From the NCBI GenBank assembly GCA_050176585.1, contig JBFXHX010000011.1, positions 26,688-90,687 of the forward strand: 64,000 bases of DNA, given 5' to 3'. Numbering within the stretch: position 1 is the first letter of the stretch; each line of letters opens with the position of its first letter. The notes under the pieces are model-generated. The model searched no databases, was not told the origin of the DNA, and was given only the letters and a program-made list of their open reading frames with translations. The position numbers were made by a program, and so were the translations under genes. This document shows, piece by piece, positions 17,924 through 27,235 of this stretch. This DNA comes from Candidatus Binatia bacterium (GTDB lineage Bacteria > Desulfobacterota > Binatia > HRBIN30 > CADEER01).

Positions 17924-19096
17924 ATGGACCTCACCTACAGCCCCGCCGAAGAACGCTTTCGCGACGAGCTGCGCGCCTGGCTCTCCGCCAACCCACCGCC
18001 GACCTCCGACCCGGCGGACTTCGACGCCTGGGTGGCCGAAGGCAAAGGGTGGCAACGCCGCTTGTACGAGGCTGGCTGGTGCGGCGTGCAATGGCCCAAA
18101 GCCTACGGCGGGCGGGGGGCGTCGCTCATCGAGCAGATCATCTTCCAAGAGGAGATGGCGCGCGCCAAATCGCCGCAGTTGATCAACTTGGTCGGCTTGA
18201 CGATGGCCGGCCCGGTGCTGATCGCGCGCGGTAGCGAAGCGCAGAAGAGCCGCTACCTGCAGAAGATCCTCAGCGCGGAAGAAATCTGGTGCCAGGGCTT
18301 TTCCGAGCCGAACGCCGGTTCCGATCTCGCCGCATTGCAAACCCGCGCCGTGCTCGACGGCGATGAGTTCGTGGTGAACGGCCAGAAGGTGTGGACCAGC
18401 TTCGCGCACATCGCCGACTGGTGCATGCTGCTCGTCCGCACCGACCCCGAAGCCCCCAAACACAAGGGCATAACGTTCTTAGTCGTGGACATGCACAGCC
18501 CCGGCATCAGCGTGCGCCCGCTGAAGCAGATCACCGGCGAAGAGGAGTTCAACGAGATCTTCTTCGAAGAGGTCCGCGTGCCGCGCGAGAACGTGGTCGG
18601 CGAGCTCAATCGGGGCTGGGACATCGCGATCACCACGCTGATGCACGAGCGGCAGACGCTCACCTTCAGCCGCCAGCTCCAATCGCGTGTGGCGCTGGAG
18701 GAGTTGCTGAACCTCGCCCGGCGCTGGCCGGAGGACGAGCCGCTCGCCCGTCAGCCCCTCGCTCGGCAGCGCCTCGCGACGGCGGTGATCGAGAGCACCG
18801 CGATGAAGTACACGGCGCTGCGCAATCTCACGCGCGTGCTCCGCGGTGGCGTGCCGGGCCCCGAGGGCTCCATCGAGAAGCTCTTCTGGAGCGAGATGTA
18901 CCAGCGCATGCTGGAGAACGCGCTGGCGATGACGGGCCCGTTCGGGCAGCTCATGACGGGGTCGCCGCACGCGCTCGACGAGGGGCGCTGGCCGCATCTC
19001 ATGCTGTATTCGCGCGGCCGGACGATCGCGGCGGGCTCCTCCGAGATCCAGCGCAACATCATCGCCGAGCGCGTCCTCGGATTGCCGCGCGGGTAG
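17924..19096 (+). CDS. Acyl-CoA dehydrogenase family protein
   Basis: MDLTYSPAEERFRDELRAWL...GWCGVQWPKAYGGRGASLIEQIIFQEEMAR is the ACAD N/M/C architecture. Confidence 0.85.
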   Translation: MDLTYSPAEERFRDELRAWLSANPPPTSDPADFDAWVAEGKGWQRRLYEAGWCGVQWPKAYGGRGASLIEQIIFQEEMARAKSPQLINLVGLTMAGPVLIARGSEAQKSRYLQKILSAEEIWCQGFSEPNAGSDLAALQTRAVLDGDEFVVNGQKVWTSFAHIADWCMLLVRTDPEAPKHKGITFLVVDMHSPGISVRPLKQITGEEEFNEIFFEEVRVPRENVVGELNRGWDIAITTLMHERQTLTFSRQLQSRVALEELLNLARRWPEDEPLARQPLARQRLATAVIESTAMKYTALRNLTRVLRGGVPGPEGSIEKLFWSEMYQRMLENALAMTGPFGQLMTGSPHALDEGRWPHLMLYSRGRTIAAGSSEIQRNIIAERVLGLPRG

Positions 19097-19966
19097 ATGA
19101 CCGCGCCGCCGCCGCGCGTCGTCAAGGATTCGATGATCGGGCTGCGCATGCCCGACATCGACTTGTGGTCGGAGCGCGTCACTGTGGTGCTCGGTCAGAA
19201 CCCGGGGCCGTTCACGGGACCCGGCACCAACACCTATCTGATCGGGACCGGCCGCTCGCGGTTGCTGCTGGACACCGGCCACGGCGTCCCCGAGTACCTG
19301 CCGTGGCTGGAACGCGCGCTGCAGGCGCGCGGCGCCGATCTGCAGGGCATCGTGCTGACACACGGCCATCCCGACCACATCGGCGGCGTCGCCGGCATTC
19401 GCGAACGTTTCGGACCGCTCGCGGTGGCGAAGAAGCCGTGCGCGGCCGTCGATGCCGGGCTCGACGTCGTGCCCGTCGACGAGGGCAGCGAGATCGAGAC
19501 CGTGGGGGCGAAATGGCGCGCGCTGTGGACTCCCGGCAATGCCTGGTACCACCTGTGCTGTTACATGCCGGAGGAGCGTGCAATGTTCACCGGCGACTTC
19601 TTGCTCGGCGCCGCCACGACGGTCATTCCGCCCGACGGCGATCTCGGAGACTATCTCCAATCGCTGCGGCGACTGCTCACGCTCGATGTCGCGGTGATCT
19701 ATCCGGCACACGGTCCGGCGATCTACCAGCCCGGCGCGAAGATCGAGGCCTATCTCGCCCACCGGGCCCTACGCGATCAGCAGATCCTGGCGGCGCTCGG
19801 CGCCAGCTCGCTCACGGTCCCGGAGCTCGTCGCGCGCATCTACACCGACGTGCCCGCCTTTCTGCATACCGCCGCGGGCATGTCGGTCAGTGCGCATCTG
19901 CGCAAACTGGAACGCGACGGAGCCGTGACGCGCGAGGGCGAGCACTGGGCCCTCCGCACCGGCTAG
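19097..19966 (+). CDS. MBL-fold metallo-hydrolase
   Basis: THGHPDHIGG zinc-binding motif. The ATG directly abuts the ACAD stop. Confidence 0.8.
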   Translation: MTAPPPRVVKDSMIGLRMPDIDLWSERVTVVLGQNPGPFTGPGTNTYLIGTGRSRLLLDTGHGVPEYLPWLERALQARGADLQGIVLTHGHPDHIGGVAGIRERFGPLAVAKKPCAAVDAGLDVVPVDEGSEIETVGAKWRALWTPGNAWYHLCCYMPEERAMFTGDFLLGAATTVIPPDGDLGDYLQSLRRLLTLDVAVIYPAHGPAIYQPGAKIEAYLAHRALRDQQILAALGASSLTVPELVARIYTDVPAFLHTAAGMSVSAHLRKLERDGAVTREGEHWALRTG

Positions 19967-20021
19967 TCGCGCGGCGCGCCGTTGGTGCGCGACCCAGCCG
20001 AAACTGGTCTCCCCAGGCCGG

Positions 20022-21497
20022 CTAGCTCTTCTCCGAGCAGCACAGGCGCGTCAACTCGCGCACGTGTGCTGGCGTCGCATCCTCGAGGTGGTGGACGATG
20101 TCGATGGCTTTTTCCATCCGCTCCTTGCGCAGCGTATAGCGGGTTTCGCGGCGGAACTTGTCTTCGACGGCCTTGCGCCGGTCATCGAACGGGCGAGCCC
20201 CACTCCCGGCGGGCGCCTCTTGCTCCGCAGCGAAGCTGCGGCCGCCCTCGAGCTCGATGCGCACGCGCGCGCCGAGGGCCAGCTTGAACGCGTTCACATC
20301 GACCGCGACGAGATCGAAGAGATGCGCGGTGGCGCCGTCGTCACCGGCGATGCGCAGCGGCGAGCGCTCGCGCGCGCGGCGCGCGAGCTCGTCGTCGAGC
20401 GTGAGGCGGACTTTGCCGGCGGCCTCCCAGATGGCATTGCCGGCGATGCGGTCGCGCCCGAACTGTCGGGGCGAGAGCTCGCGTTCGACCAGCGCGGCCG
20501 CGACGGTCCAGGCCACCGATTGCGTCAGCGTCGACGGGAGCGATTCGGCACCGCGCACGTACGGCGCGGAACGCGCGTCCATCGCCAACGTGTGCGGACC
20601 GGCGCCGACGTGCACCGCGTGGACCTTGCGCGCATCGATGTGGTGTTGGCGGACGAGGCCGAGCACGCAGTCGACCGCCGCGCCGACGTAGGGCGCGCCG
20701 GGATAAACCGTGTAGCCGAGGCTCTCCGTCAGCCACACGGAGCCCAGACCGGAGAACGCACCCGGCAATGCGCGCTCCCCGAGTGACCGGAGCACGCCGC
20801 GCTCACCGCCGAGCACGTCGTGCGCCCCGCGCAGGCCATTGGCCGCGAACTCCGCCGCTTGTACGCCGAGCGGCGCCAGCATCGCCGCGGAGACCACCTT
20901 CGCCTCGGACCCGTAATATGCCGCCGTCGGCAGCGCGCTCGCATGCGAGAGCGCGATGCCGAGCGCGTGCTCGGTCTGCGCGCCATCGAGCCGCAAGAGC
21001 GATGCGCCGAGCGCGACTCCGCCGGCCAGGTGTACGGCGCTCGCCAGCGGTGGGTCTTCGACCACCAGCGCTGACGCGAGGCCGATCCGGCCGCCGACCT
21101 CGTTGGCCAGCACCTGCGCGAGCAGGAATTCCGGTCCGCCGGCGCCGAGCTTCTCTGCCACCGCAAGCGTCGCGAGGACCGCGGTCGCGCCGGTGTGCGC
21201 GCCGAACAGATAATCGTCGTAGTCGAGGGCCAGTGCCAGCGCGGCGTTGCCGACGATCGCTTCGTGCAGGCCGGTGCGCTCGCCCGAGGGGATGAGCGTC
21301 GCGTCCTTCCCAGTGGCCCAGTCCTTCACGGTGCGGGTGACCACGCGCCCGGCATCGCTGAAGTGCCCGGCGTGCACCGCCGCGATCATGCCGAGCACTT
21401 GGTTCTTCGCCTCCTCCGTGACCCGTCGCGGCAAGCTGTCCGGCTTGGCGCCCGCGATCCAGTCGGCGAGGGTGCGCGTGAGATTGTTACCATTCAT
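20022..21497 (-). CDS. MmgE/PrpD family protein (2-methylcitrate dehydratase-like)
   Basis: 491-aa protein from MNGNNLTRTLADWIAGAKP with MmgE/PrpD-like composition throughout. The raw ORF extends 29 codons further 5'. Confidence 0.75.
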   Translation of the reverse strand: MNGNNLTRTLADWIAGAKPDSLPRRVTEEAKNQVLGMIAAVHAGHFSDAGRVVTRTVKDWATGKDATLIPSGERTGLHEAIVGNAALALALDYDDYLFGAHTGATAVLATLAVAEKLGAGGPEFLLAQVLANEVGGRIGLASALVVEDPPLASAVHLAGGVALGASLLRLDGAQTEHALGIALSHASALPTAAYYGSEAKVVSAAMLAPLGVQAAEFAANGLRGAHDVLGGERGVLRSLGERALPGAFSGLGSVWLTESLGYTVYPGAPYVGAAVDCVLGLVRQHHIDARKVHAVHVGAGPHTLAMDARSAPYVRGAESLPSTLTQSVAWTVAAALVERELSPRQFGRDRIAGNAIWEAAGKVRLTLDDELARRARERSPLRIAGDDGATAHLFDLVAVDVNAFKLALGARVRIELEGGRSFAAEQEAPAGSGARPFDDRRKAVEDKFRRETRYTLRKERMEKAIDIVHHLEDATPAHVRELTRLCCSEKS

Positions 21498-21584
21498 GAT
21501 TTTGATCCCAGTTGTATCGGGCAACTCTACCCGAAAGCCCGCGGAGCGCGCCAGCCCACTGCCTACGTGACTCAGGTACGGCAC

Positions 21585-21721
21585 TGCAGACGGCCGCGGG
21601 CAATGATTATCACGCCCCCACCGTGACAGTGGAGTGTATTTATGTTTGCAATGTCAATTACGGTGCGCCGGTGTATACTTTTCCGTAACCTACGAGTCCG
21701 CATACATAGCGAGGGACACGC
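21585..21721. promoter_or_regulatory. AT-rich (about 50% GC vs about 70% background) divergent intergenic region between the prpD-like gene and the basic small protein gene
   Basis: Composition drop seen directly (…tgtatttatgtttgcaatgtcaattacggtg…tgtatacttttccgtaacc…). It probably holds the promoters for both divergent genes. Confidence 0.4.
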
Positions 21722-22099
21722 ATGGCAGTTAAGCGAACCAAGAAAAGCGGGAAGCGCGGGCAAATCGGCACCGAGATCTTCGATCAGGTGGAGAAGCTCG
21801 TAGCCGCCGAGCAAGTGGGTCGCACCGAGGCTTTCCGGCGTCTGGCGCAAAAAACCGGACGGCAGCCGGGCACCGTAGCTGCGAATTATTACCGCGTCGC
21901 GCGCCAGCGCGGAGCCAAATTGGCCACCCGCCGGCGCGGCGGCGGCCGGCGCGGCTCGGCCACTAGCGTGGTGGTGAAGCGTGCGCTCGCCGCACTGGAG
22001 GATGTCACGGGGCTTTTCCGCAGGCTCGAGGATGAGATCACTAACTTGCGCAAGGAGAATCTACGCCTCGCTGCCATCCGGCGGCTGATGAGCCGATAA
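21722..22099 (+). CDS. Hypothetical basic protein (125 aa) with HTH-like segment and C-terminal coiled coil
   Basis: MAVKRTKKSGKRGQ...TEAFRRLAQKTGRQPGTVAANYYRVARQRG...LEDEITNLRKENLRLAAIRRLM. It is preceded by an AT-rich (about 50% GC) 137-bp island. Confidence 0.5.
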   Translation: MAVKRTKKSGKRGQIGTEIFDQVEKLVAAEQVGRTEAFRRLAQKTGRQPGTVAANYYRVARQRGAKLATRRRGGGRRGSATSVVVKRALAALEDVTGLFRRLEDEITNLRKENLRLAAIRRLMSR

Positions 22100-22160
22100 C
22101 CATAGCCGCGGGTGCTTGACGTGCGCCGTTCGCAGCATAGGATGCGGTGCGTTTTCGGTT

Positions 22161-22622
22161 ATGCGCCGTGTCATCATCTTTCTCGCCTCGGGTGGATTCG
22201 TAGGTTACATTCCGATCGCTTCCGGGACATTCGGTACGCTGGTCGGTATCCCGTTCTTCTGGGCGTATGCTGAAGCCCGGCACCTCGACGTCTGGCAATA
22301 CATACTCATCTACATCGGCCTGATCGCGGCCGCCTGTTGGGTCGCCGGCCGCGCTGAAGCGCTGCTGAATGAGCACGATAGCCACAAGATCGTCATCGAC
22401 GAGATCGTCGGCTATCTGGGCGCGACGTTGTTTCTCGCGCCGACGTGGGAGCACACGGTGCTCGCGTTCGTGGTCTTCCGGGCCCTCGATGTACTCAAGC
22501 CATTCCCCGCCGGCGCAATCGACGCGCACTGGCCCGGCGGCCCCGGGGTCGTACTCGACGACGTCGTGTCGGGATTGTACAGCAATGTGGTGACCCGCGC
22601 CCTGGCCCTGTGGTTGTTCTGA
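22161..22622 (+). CDS. pgpA: Phosphatidylglycerophosphatase A
   Basis: MRRVIIFLASGGFVGYIPIASGTFGTLVGIP...VIDEIVGY is a PgpA family signature. Confidence 0.85.
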   Translation: MRRVIIFLASGGFVGYIPIASGTFGTLVGIPFFWAYAEARHLDVWQYILIYIGLIAAACWVAGRAEALLNEHDSHKIVIDEIVGYLGATLFLAPTWEHTVLAFVVFRALDVLKPFPAGAIDAHWPGGPGVVLDDVVSGLYSNVVTRALALWLF

Positions 22623-22662
22623 CGTAGTGCGAGCGCCGGCGCGCGGGAGAGGAGACCCTGTC

Positions 22663-23940
22663 ATGCGCGCCGTCATCATCAGTACCGGCGACGAGCTCAC
22701 TACTGGGCGGACGCTCGATACCAACGCCAGCTACATCGCCGACCAGCTGGTCGCGATCGGATACGACGTCGTCAGCATGCTGGTGGTCGGCGACTATCCC
22801 GAACGGATCACCTGGGCGTGGCGCCAGGCGCTCACCGCCGCCGACCTCATCATCTGCACCGGGGGCCTCGGGCCGACCGCCGACGACCTCACCACGGAGA
22901 CCGTGGCCGCGGTGGCGGGAGTGCCGTTGCGCATGGACGCCGGCATCGCCGATCTCATCCGGCGGCGGTTCGCGGCGATGGGCCGCACGATGCCGGAGAA
23001 CAACCTGAAACAGGCGCTATTTCCCGAAGGCGCGACGATCATCCCCAACGCGCAGGGCACGGCGCCGGGCTATCGGCTGACCATTGCGACGGTCCACGGA
23101 CCGCGGCAGTGCATCGTCTTGCCCGGCGTGCCGCGCGAGATGAAACAGATGCTGGCCGCTGAGGTCCTGCCGGCGCTGCGCGCGGAGCGCAGTGGCGAGC
23201 ACGAGTACCGCAGTCACACGTTTCAGACGTTCGGCATCAGCGAGTCCGCGCTCGACGAGCTCGTCGCGGATCTCTTCGATCCGGCCGAAGCGCGCCTCGC
23301 ATTTCGCGCCGCATTCCCGCAGATCTCTCTGCGAGTCACCGTGCACGGGGCGCCGCACGAGGTGGACCACCGGCTATCCACGGCGGCGGCGACGCTCCGC
23401 GCGCGCCTGGCGCCCTACTGCTACGGTGAAGGCAACACGACGATGGAAGCGGAAGTCGGTGCGCTGCTGCGCTCGACGGGCAGCACGGTCGCGGTGGCGG
23501 AGTCGTGCACCGGCGGTCTCATCGGCCATCGGCTGACCGATGTCCCCGGGAGCTCAAGCTACTTTTTGGCCGACATCGTCGCATACAGCGACGTGGTGAA
23601 GCAGCGCGTTCTGAACGTCAGCGCGGAGACGCTGGAGCGCCACGGGGCTGTGAGCCGCGAGACCGCCGAAGCCATGGCGCGCGGCGTCCGCAGTCTCGTC
23701 GGCGCGACGCTCGGGTTGGCGACGACCGGTATCGCCGGGCCGGACGGCGGCACGGCCGACAAACCGGTCGGCACCGTCTGCATCGCCATGGACGGTCCCG
23801 CCGGTACGCACAGCCATCGGTATCAGTTCTGGGGAACGCGCGACTGGGTGAAGCTGCTCACGTCGCAGGTCGCCCTCGATTGGCTGCGGCGCGTGCAGCT
23901 CGGGCAAGACCCGACCGAGTCGGCCTTCCTGCGCCGCTGA
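22663..23940 (+). CDS. cinA: CinA (competence/damage-inducible protein; NMN amidohydrolase PncC domain)
   Basis: N-terminal MocF-like MRAVIISTGDELTTGRTLDTNASYIA and C-terminal CinA domain VAESCTGGLIG. SD GGAGAGGAG upstream. Confidence 0.9.
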   Translation: MRAVIISTGDELTTGRTLDTNASYIADQLVAIGYDVVSMLVVGDYPERITWAWRQALTAADLIICTGGLGPTADDLTTETVAAVAGVPLRMDAGIADLIRRRFAAMGRTMPENNLKQALFPEGATIIPNAQGTAPGYRLTIATVHGPRQCIVLPGVPREMKQMLAAEVLPALRAERSGEHEYRSHTFQTFGISESALDELVADLFDPAEARLAFRAAFPQISLRVTVHGAPHEVDHRLSTAAATLRARLAPYCYGEGNTTMEAEVGALLRSTGSTVAVAESCTGGLIGHRLTDVPGSSSYFLADIVAYSDVVKQRVLNVSAETLERHGAVSRETAEAMARGVRSLVGATLGLATTGIAGPDGGTADKPVGTVCIAMDGPAGTHSHRYQFWGTRDWVKLLTSQVALDWLRRVQLGQDPTESAFLRR

Positions 23941-24097
23941 TGGCCGCCGCGAAGCCGCCCGCGGGCGCCCAAATCGCGCGCGCCGCGGTGCGCCGCTCCG
24001 CATCGGCACGCGGCCAGGTGATCGCTGCGGCGAGCAGCGGCCGCGCGCCGGCTGCTCGAGGGCGAGCGGCACACGGCCGGGATACCGCCCGGAGTCG

Positions 24098-24703
24098 GTG
24101 ATGGGACGACAAGGCGGCGAGTCGGGACGCGCGGGCCGCCCGGCCGCGCTCCGCGCCTTTGTCGCCGTCGAGCTGCCGCCGACCAGCCATGCGCGGCTGG
24201 TCGCGCTCAAGCGCGAGCTCGCGGAGATCGAGCCCGCCGTGCGGTGGACCCGCGATGAGGGACTGCACGCGACGATCAAATTCCTCGGCTCGACCGCCGC
24301 CGAGACAGTGGACGCGTTGCGCGCGGCGCTCACGGCGCCGATCGCGCGCGTGCCACCGCCCGCGGTGCGGCTGCGCGGGTTGGGCGCGTTTCCGCACGTC
24401 CACCGGCCGCACGTGTTGTGGGCCGGAATCGACTGTCCCGCCCTCGGCGAGCTCGCCGCCCGCGTCGACGCGGCGGCCGCGGGGCTCGGCTTCGCCTCGG
24501 AGACGCGCCCGTTTCACGCCCACGTGACGCTCGCGCGTCTCGATGGCGCGCGGTTCGGCGCCGCGCTCGACGCGTCGCTGCGCGCGCACTGGGAAGACGA
24601 CTTCGGCGGTGGTGCGCTGCGCGAGCTGGTTGCGTTCCGCAGCGACTTGCGTCCCGGCGGTGCGCTGTATACGAAGCTGTGGACGATCCCATTCGGAGGC
24701 TAG
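24098..24703 (+). CDS. thpR: RNA 2',3'-cyclic phosphodiesterase (2H family, ThpR/LigT)
   Basis: The two H-x-T/S-x motifs HATIKFLG and HVTLARL. Confidence 0.8.
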   Translation: MMGRQGGESGRAGRPAALRAFVAVELPPTSHARLVALKRELAEIEPAVRWTRDEGLHATIKFLGSTAAETVDALRAALTAPIARVPPPAVRLRGLGAFPHVHRPHVLWAGIDCPALGELAARVDAAAAGLGFASETRPFHAHVTLARLDGARFGAALDASLRAHWEDDFGGGALRELVAFRSDLRPGGALYTKLWTIPFGG

Positions 24704-24831
24704 CCCAGCGGGGCTGGAGCGGTGGTTTGCATGCGCGGACGTCATTGCGCAGGGGGCGGCGGCCCGCTTATCGAGCTAGGGGATCGCTGCCGCTCCGCCA
24801 GACCGCGGCGCAGCACTAGAAGGAGACCCTC

Positions 24832-25893
24832 ATGACCCTCGACGCCAATCGCGAGCGCGCGCTCGATCTCGCCGTGAGCCAGATTGAGAAGCAGTTCGGC
24901 AAAGGCGCGATCATGAAGCTCGGCGACAATGCCGCCGCACCCGACATCCCGGTGATCTCCACCGGCTCGCTCGGTCTCGACATCGCGCTGGGCGTCGGCG
25001 GCCTGCCGCGCGGCCGCGTGATGGAGATCTACGGACCCGAGTCCTCGGGGAAGACGACGCTCGCGCTGCAGGCGATCGCCTGCGCGCAGCGCGACGGCGG
25101 CGTGTGCGCCTTCGTGGACGCCGAGCACGCGCTCGATGTGACCTACGCGCGCAAGCTGGGAGTGCGCACCGAGGATTTGCTGATCGCACAGCCGGACAAC
25201 GGCGAGCAGGCGCTGGAGATCGCGGAGACGCTCGTGCGCAGCGGCGCGATCGACGTGCTGGTCGTCGACTCGGTGGCCGCGCTGGTGCCGCGCGCCGAGA
25301 TCGAGGGCGAAATGGGCGAGCCGCAGATGGGTCTACAGGCCCGTCTGATGTCGCAGGCCCTGCGCAAGCTCACCGGGACCATCTCGCGCTCGCAGACGAT
25401 CATGATCTTCATCAACCAGATCCGCATGAAGATCGGCGTGATGTTCGGCAACCCGGAGACGACGACCGGCGGCAATGCCCTGAAGTTCTACGCCTCGGTG
25501 CGGCTCGACATCCGCCGCGTGGGGTCGATCAAGCAGGGCGAGGCCGTCGTGGGCAGCCGCACGCGCGTGCGCGTGGTGAAGAATAAAGTGGCGCCCCCCT
25601 TCAAAGAGGCAGAATTCGATATCCTGTACGGTGTAGGCATCTCACGTGAGGGCGAGCTGATCGACCTTGGCACGGATCGTGGACTCATCGAAAAAAGTGG
25701 TGCGTGGTATTCGTATGCTGGCGAGCGCATCGGTCAGGGGCGCGAGAATGCCAAGGAGTTCCTGCACGAGCATCCGGAGCTGGCGGAGCAGGTCGACCGG
25801 CAGCTGCGCGCCCACTTCGGCATCGGCGGCGCTCCCGCGGGGGAGCCGGCACCGGCGCCCGAGGTGAAGAAGGCGGGAAAAGCGGCGTCGTAG
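24832..25893 (+). CDS. recA: Recombinase RecA
   Basis: Walker [13 protein letters not shown]; the L1/L2 loops and the whole sequence are canonical RecA. SD AGGAGA upstream. Confidence 0.98.
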   Translation: MTLDANRERALDLAVSQIEKQFGKGAIMKLGDNAAAPDIPVISTGSLGLDIALGVGGLPRGRVMEIYGPESSGKTTLALQAIACAQRDGGVCAFVDAEHALDVTYARKLGVRTEDLLIAQPDNGEQALEIAETLVRSGAIDVLVVDSVAALVPRAEIEGEMGEPQMGLQARLMSQALRKLTGTISRSQTIMIFINQIRMKIGVMFGNPETTTGGNALKFYASVRLDIRRVGSIKQGEAVVGSRTRVRVVKNKVAPPFKEAEFDILYGVGISREGELIDLGTDRGLIEKSGAWYSYAGERIGQGRENAKEFLHEHPELAEQVDRQLRAHFGIGGAPAGEPAPAPEVKKAGKAAS

Positions 25894-25927
25894 CGCGGAG
25901 CCTGGGTCGGACAGCCCGCGCTCCGCG
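25894..25927 (+). terminator. Stem-loop (8-bp GC stem cgcggagc/gctccgcg) directly after the recA stop
   Basis: Inverted repeat seen in the sequence. No U-tract, as expected in high-GC genomes. Followed by the SD AGGGAGG for pilT. Confidence 0.4.
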
Positions 25928-25942
25928 AGGGAGGCGGAAGCG

Positions 25943-27097
25943 ATGGAGCTGAACGAAATCCTGGCCGAGGCGGTGCGCAATGAGGCGTCGGACGTCCTCC
26001 TGAAGGCGGGCGTGCCGCCGGCGTTCCGCGTCCGCGCGGATTTTCTGCCCCTCGAGGGGGCCGCCGCGCTCGACGGCGCGGCGGTCGAGCACATCGTCGA
26101 CGGCGTGCTGGACGATCAGCACCGCCAGCGGCTCGCGCGCGATCTCCAAGTCGATCTGGCGTACGCCCACCCGACGCTCGGCCGCTTCCGCGTGAACGTC
26201 TTCCGCCAGCGCGGTTTTCTCAGCCTGGTCATCCGCGTCATCCCGACCCGGATCCGCAGTGTGGCCGAGCTCAACCTGCCGCCGGTCGTCGAGCAGCTGG
26301 CCACCGAACGGCGCGGGCTCATCCTCGTCACCGGCACCACCGGCAGCGGAAAGAGCACGACGCTGGCGGCGATCGTCGACTACATCAACCGCACGCGCCA
26401 ATCGCACGTGCTGACGATCGAAGACCCGATCGAGTACGAGCACCACGACCGGTTGAGCTTCGTCAACCAACGCGAGATCGGCTCCGACGCCGTCGACTTT
26501 CCCTCCGCATTGAAATCCGCGTTGCGGCAGAACCCCGACGTCATCCTGGTCGGCGAGATGCGCGATCTCGAGACCATCGAGACGGCCATCCTCGCGGCGG
26601 AAACCGGCCACCTCGTCATGAGCACGCTGCACACGCTGGACGCCCAAGAGACGATCACTCGCATCATCTCCGCGTTTCCTGATCATCAGCGCGATCAGGC
26701 GCGGCTGATCCTGGCGAGCGTCATTCGGGGCGTGGTGAGCCAGCGCCTCATCCCGCGCGCCGACGGCCTCGGCATGGTGCCCGCGGTCGAGGTGCTGGTG
26801 GCCAGCGCGCGCGTGAAGGAGTACATCGCCGACAAGACCAAGACCCGCGACCTCCGCGACGTCATCGCCCAGGGGCACACGTCCTACGGCATGCAGACGT
26901 TCGACCAGTCCCTGATGGCCCTCTTTCGCAGCGAGCTCATCACCTACGACCAGGCGCTCGCGCACTGCTCCAACCCGAGCGATTTCGAGCTGAAGGTGCG
27001 CGGCATCGCCTCGGCCAGCGACGCGCGCTGGGACAACTTCGAGAAGCCGGCCGCCCACGCCGACGACCACATCGGCCTCGACATCGAACGCTTCTGA
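25943..27097 (+). CDS. pilT: Type IV pilus retraction ATPase PilT
   Basis: Walker A GTTGSGKSTT, Asp box, and the PilT-type C-terminus AHxxDFELK-like. 384 aa. Confidence 0.9.
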   Translation: MELNEILAEAVRNEASDVLLKAGVPPAFRVRADFLPLEGAAALDGAAVEHIVDGVLDDQHRQRLARDLQVDLAYAHPTLGRFRVNVFRQRGFLSLVIRVIPTRIRSVAELNLPPVVEQLATERRGLILVTGTTGSGKSTTLAAIVDYINRTRQSHVLTIEDPIEYEHHDRLSFVNQREIGSDAVDFPSALKSALRQNPDVILVGEMRDLETIETAILAAETGHLVMSTLHTLDAQETITRIISAFPDHQRDQARLILASVIRGVVSQRLIPRADGLGMVPAVEVLVASARVKEYIADKTKTRDLRDVIAQGHTSYGMQTFDQSLMALFRSELITYDQALAHCSNPSDFELKVRGIASASDARWDNFEKPAAHADDHIGLDIERF

Positions 27098-27235
27098 GAA
27101 CCACCGGGGGGTCGGCCGTACGCTGTTGCGCTGCTCGGAGCACTCCCGACGCGCTGCGACCACTCTGAGCGCCGGCAGCTCACTGGCCAACAGCCCGTCC
27201 GATCCCAACTTGCAACCCTTGCCCCCCGCGACCCC

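Noticed and set aside
17737-18463. N-terminal 242-codon extension of the histidine-kinase ORF
   Set aside because: It overlaps the divergent acyl-CoA dehydrogenase gene and is low complexity. A clean start (MSAPNAAS) precedes the first TM helix.
21590-21640. Possible sigma-54 promoter (GG...TTGCA) in the AT-rich island upstream of 21722
   Set aside because: The spacing between the GG and GC elements is 15 nt instead of 10, so it is not a canonical -24/-12 promoter.
25685-27208. 507-aa minus-strand ORF antisense to pilT
   Set aside because: No motifs, low complexity. pilT on the plus strand has Walker A and B and PilT-specific motifs.
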